A DNA stretch of 64,000 bases, from positions 10,481,778 through 10,545,777 of the forward strand of contig NC_068981.1 in assembly GCF_001194135.2 (NCBI RefSeq), given 5' to 3'. The DNA comes from Octopus bimaculoides (lineage: Eukaryota). The notes below the pieces were generated by a model that was given only the letters and a program-made list of their open reading frames with translations, was not told the DNA's origin and did no database searches. The translations under genes were made by a program, and so were the position numbers. This document shows, one piece after another, positions 63,011 to 64,000 of this stretch. Each line of letters starts with the position of its first letter. The first letter of the stretch is position 1.

Positions 63011-64000
63011 CTCACTCCCATATAACTCCTATAGACCCTTCCTATCGTCTTCAATAAATAACCATTTTGAACACAGGCACAAGACCAGAAACTTAGAGGG
63101 AAGGGAAACTGTACGTTATATCAACCTCAGTATCTGGCTGTACATTATTTTTGTTGATGACAAAAGGACAAAAGGCAGACTTGACAGTGGGAAGAGTTAA
63201 AGTCAAAATGTAAAAGGGCCAGAGCAAACGCCACAAGACACACTAACAATCTTGTCAGTCCATCAGCAGTCAATAAACAAGGTTGATAAAATATAAATAA
63301 ATTAAATTAACCCTTTAGTGTTTAAATTACTCTGCCAAATGTTAAGCTTATTCATTCATATTGTTTTGAATTAATCACGTATTATCTCATAGCTTTGAGA
63401 TTTTGATGATATTGTCTATTTTTAGAATGGCATTGTAGGGTAGGTGTGAGAGGTTAGATCAGGCCAGTCTGAACTTAAAACAGGAGGTATATCTGGGCTG
63501 GATATAACCAGTTTAAATGCTAAAGAGTTAAGGAAAAATGGAAAAAAAATTACATAATTGCAGTTATATTAATTCCATTTATCATTATCACTTTGTAGCT
63601 AAATATATGAAGCTATATGTTTGCTTGATTTATAAGAAATGGCAGCTAAACCTCCTCAAATTACAACTGTCTCAAAAAGGGAAGACATCTGCATTTAAGA
63701 TAATATAGCCCAGGGTACATTAGACCTTAAATAACAATAGGGACAGACTTGGTTTCGTTACATACCAGATGCCTACATAGTAGTTTTGTGTAGATGTGTG
63801 TGTGTCTGTGTGTGCAACTCAAGTTTCAAGCTATTGCGATCTTTAGGCAAAGATCAAGTCACAAGACAAGCTCTTAGCTTCAGTTTCAATAAAAAACAAA
63901 CAATATCCTCTACAAGTATTGAGCACTCTTCCCTGTTTGTTCAACCTTTATACATATAAATAAACATGCTATGTTATATATGTTATCTAATTAATAATAT

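Overview
AT-rich eukaryotic genomic DNA with five N-gaps (8707-8842, 11558-12392, 13483-14149, 21029-21418, 28689-28873). The SINE/RTE/MITE repertoire and microsatellite density point to an Octopus (cephalopod) scaffold; this is inferred from repeat families, not from a search. There are two convergent protein-coding genes. (1) RAB5IF/C20orf24 (OPTI) is on the + strand, with three coding exons at 3634-10850; the last short exon is not visible and probably lies in a gap. (2) A strawberry notch homolog (SBNO1-like) is on the - strand. I traced 27 consecutive in-frame coding exons, 59195 down to 24330, totalling 3573 nt = 1190 aa + stop, all GT-AG; the N-terminus probably lies upstream. The rest is tRNA-derived SINEs, RTE LINE fragments and 3' tails, mariner relics, and hAT-, piggyBac-, Merlin-, Tc1- and Helentron-like non-autonomous elements. 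I find no prokaryote-type system (no CRISPR, operon or true RNA gene) and no clearly new biological system. The best leads are a U12-type minor intron just before the SBNO1 DECH motif, a TSD-flanked RTE insertion with a 5' inversion (twin-priming signature), a Merlin-like MITE carrying (CCCTAA)n, a poly-His tract in SBNO1, several near-perfect intronic hairpins (candidate ADAR/siRNA substrates) and a possibly ~6 kb SBNO1 3' UTR. Exon coordinates were indexed by hand to the base; repeat boundaries are approximate unless TIRs or TSDs are given.
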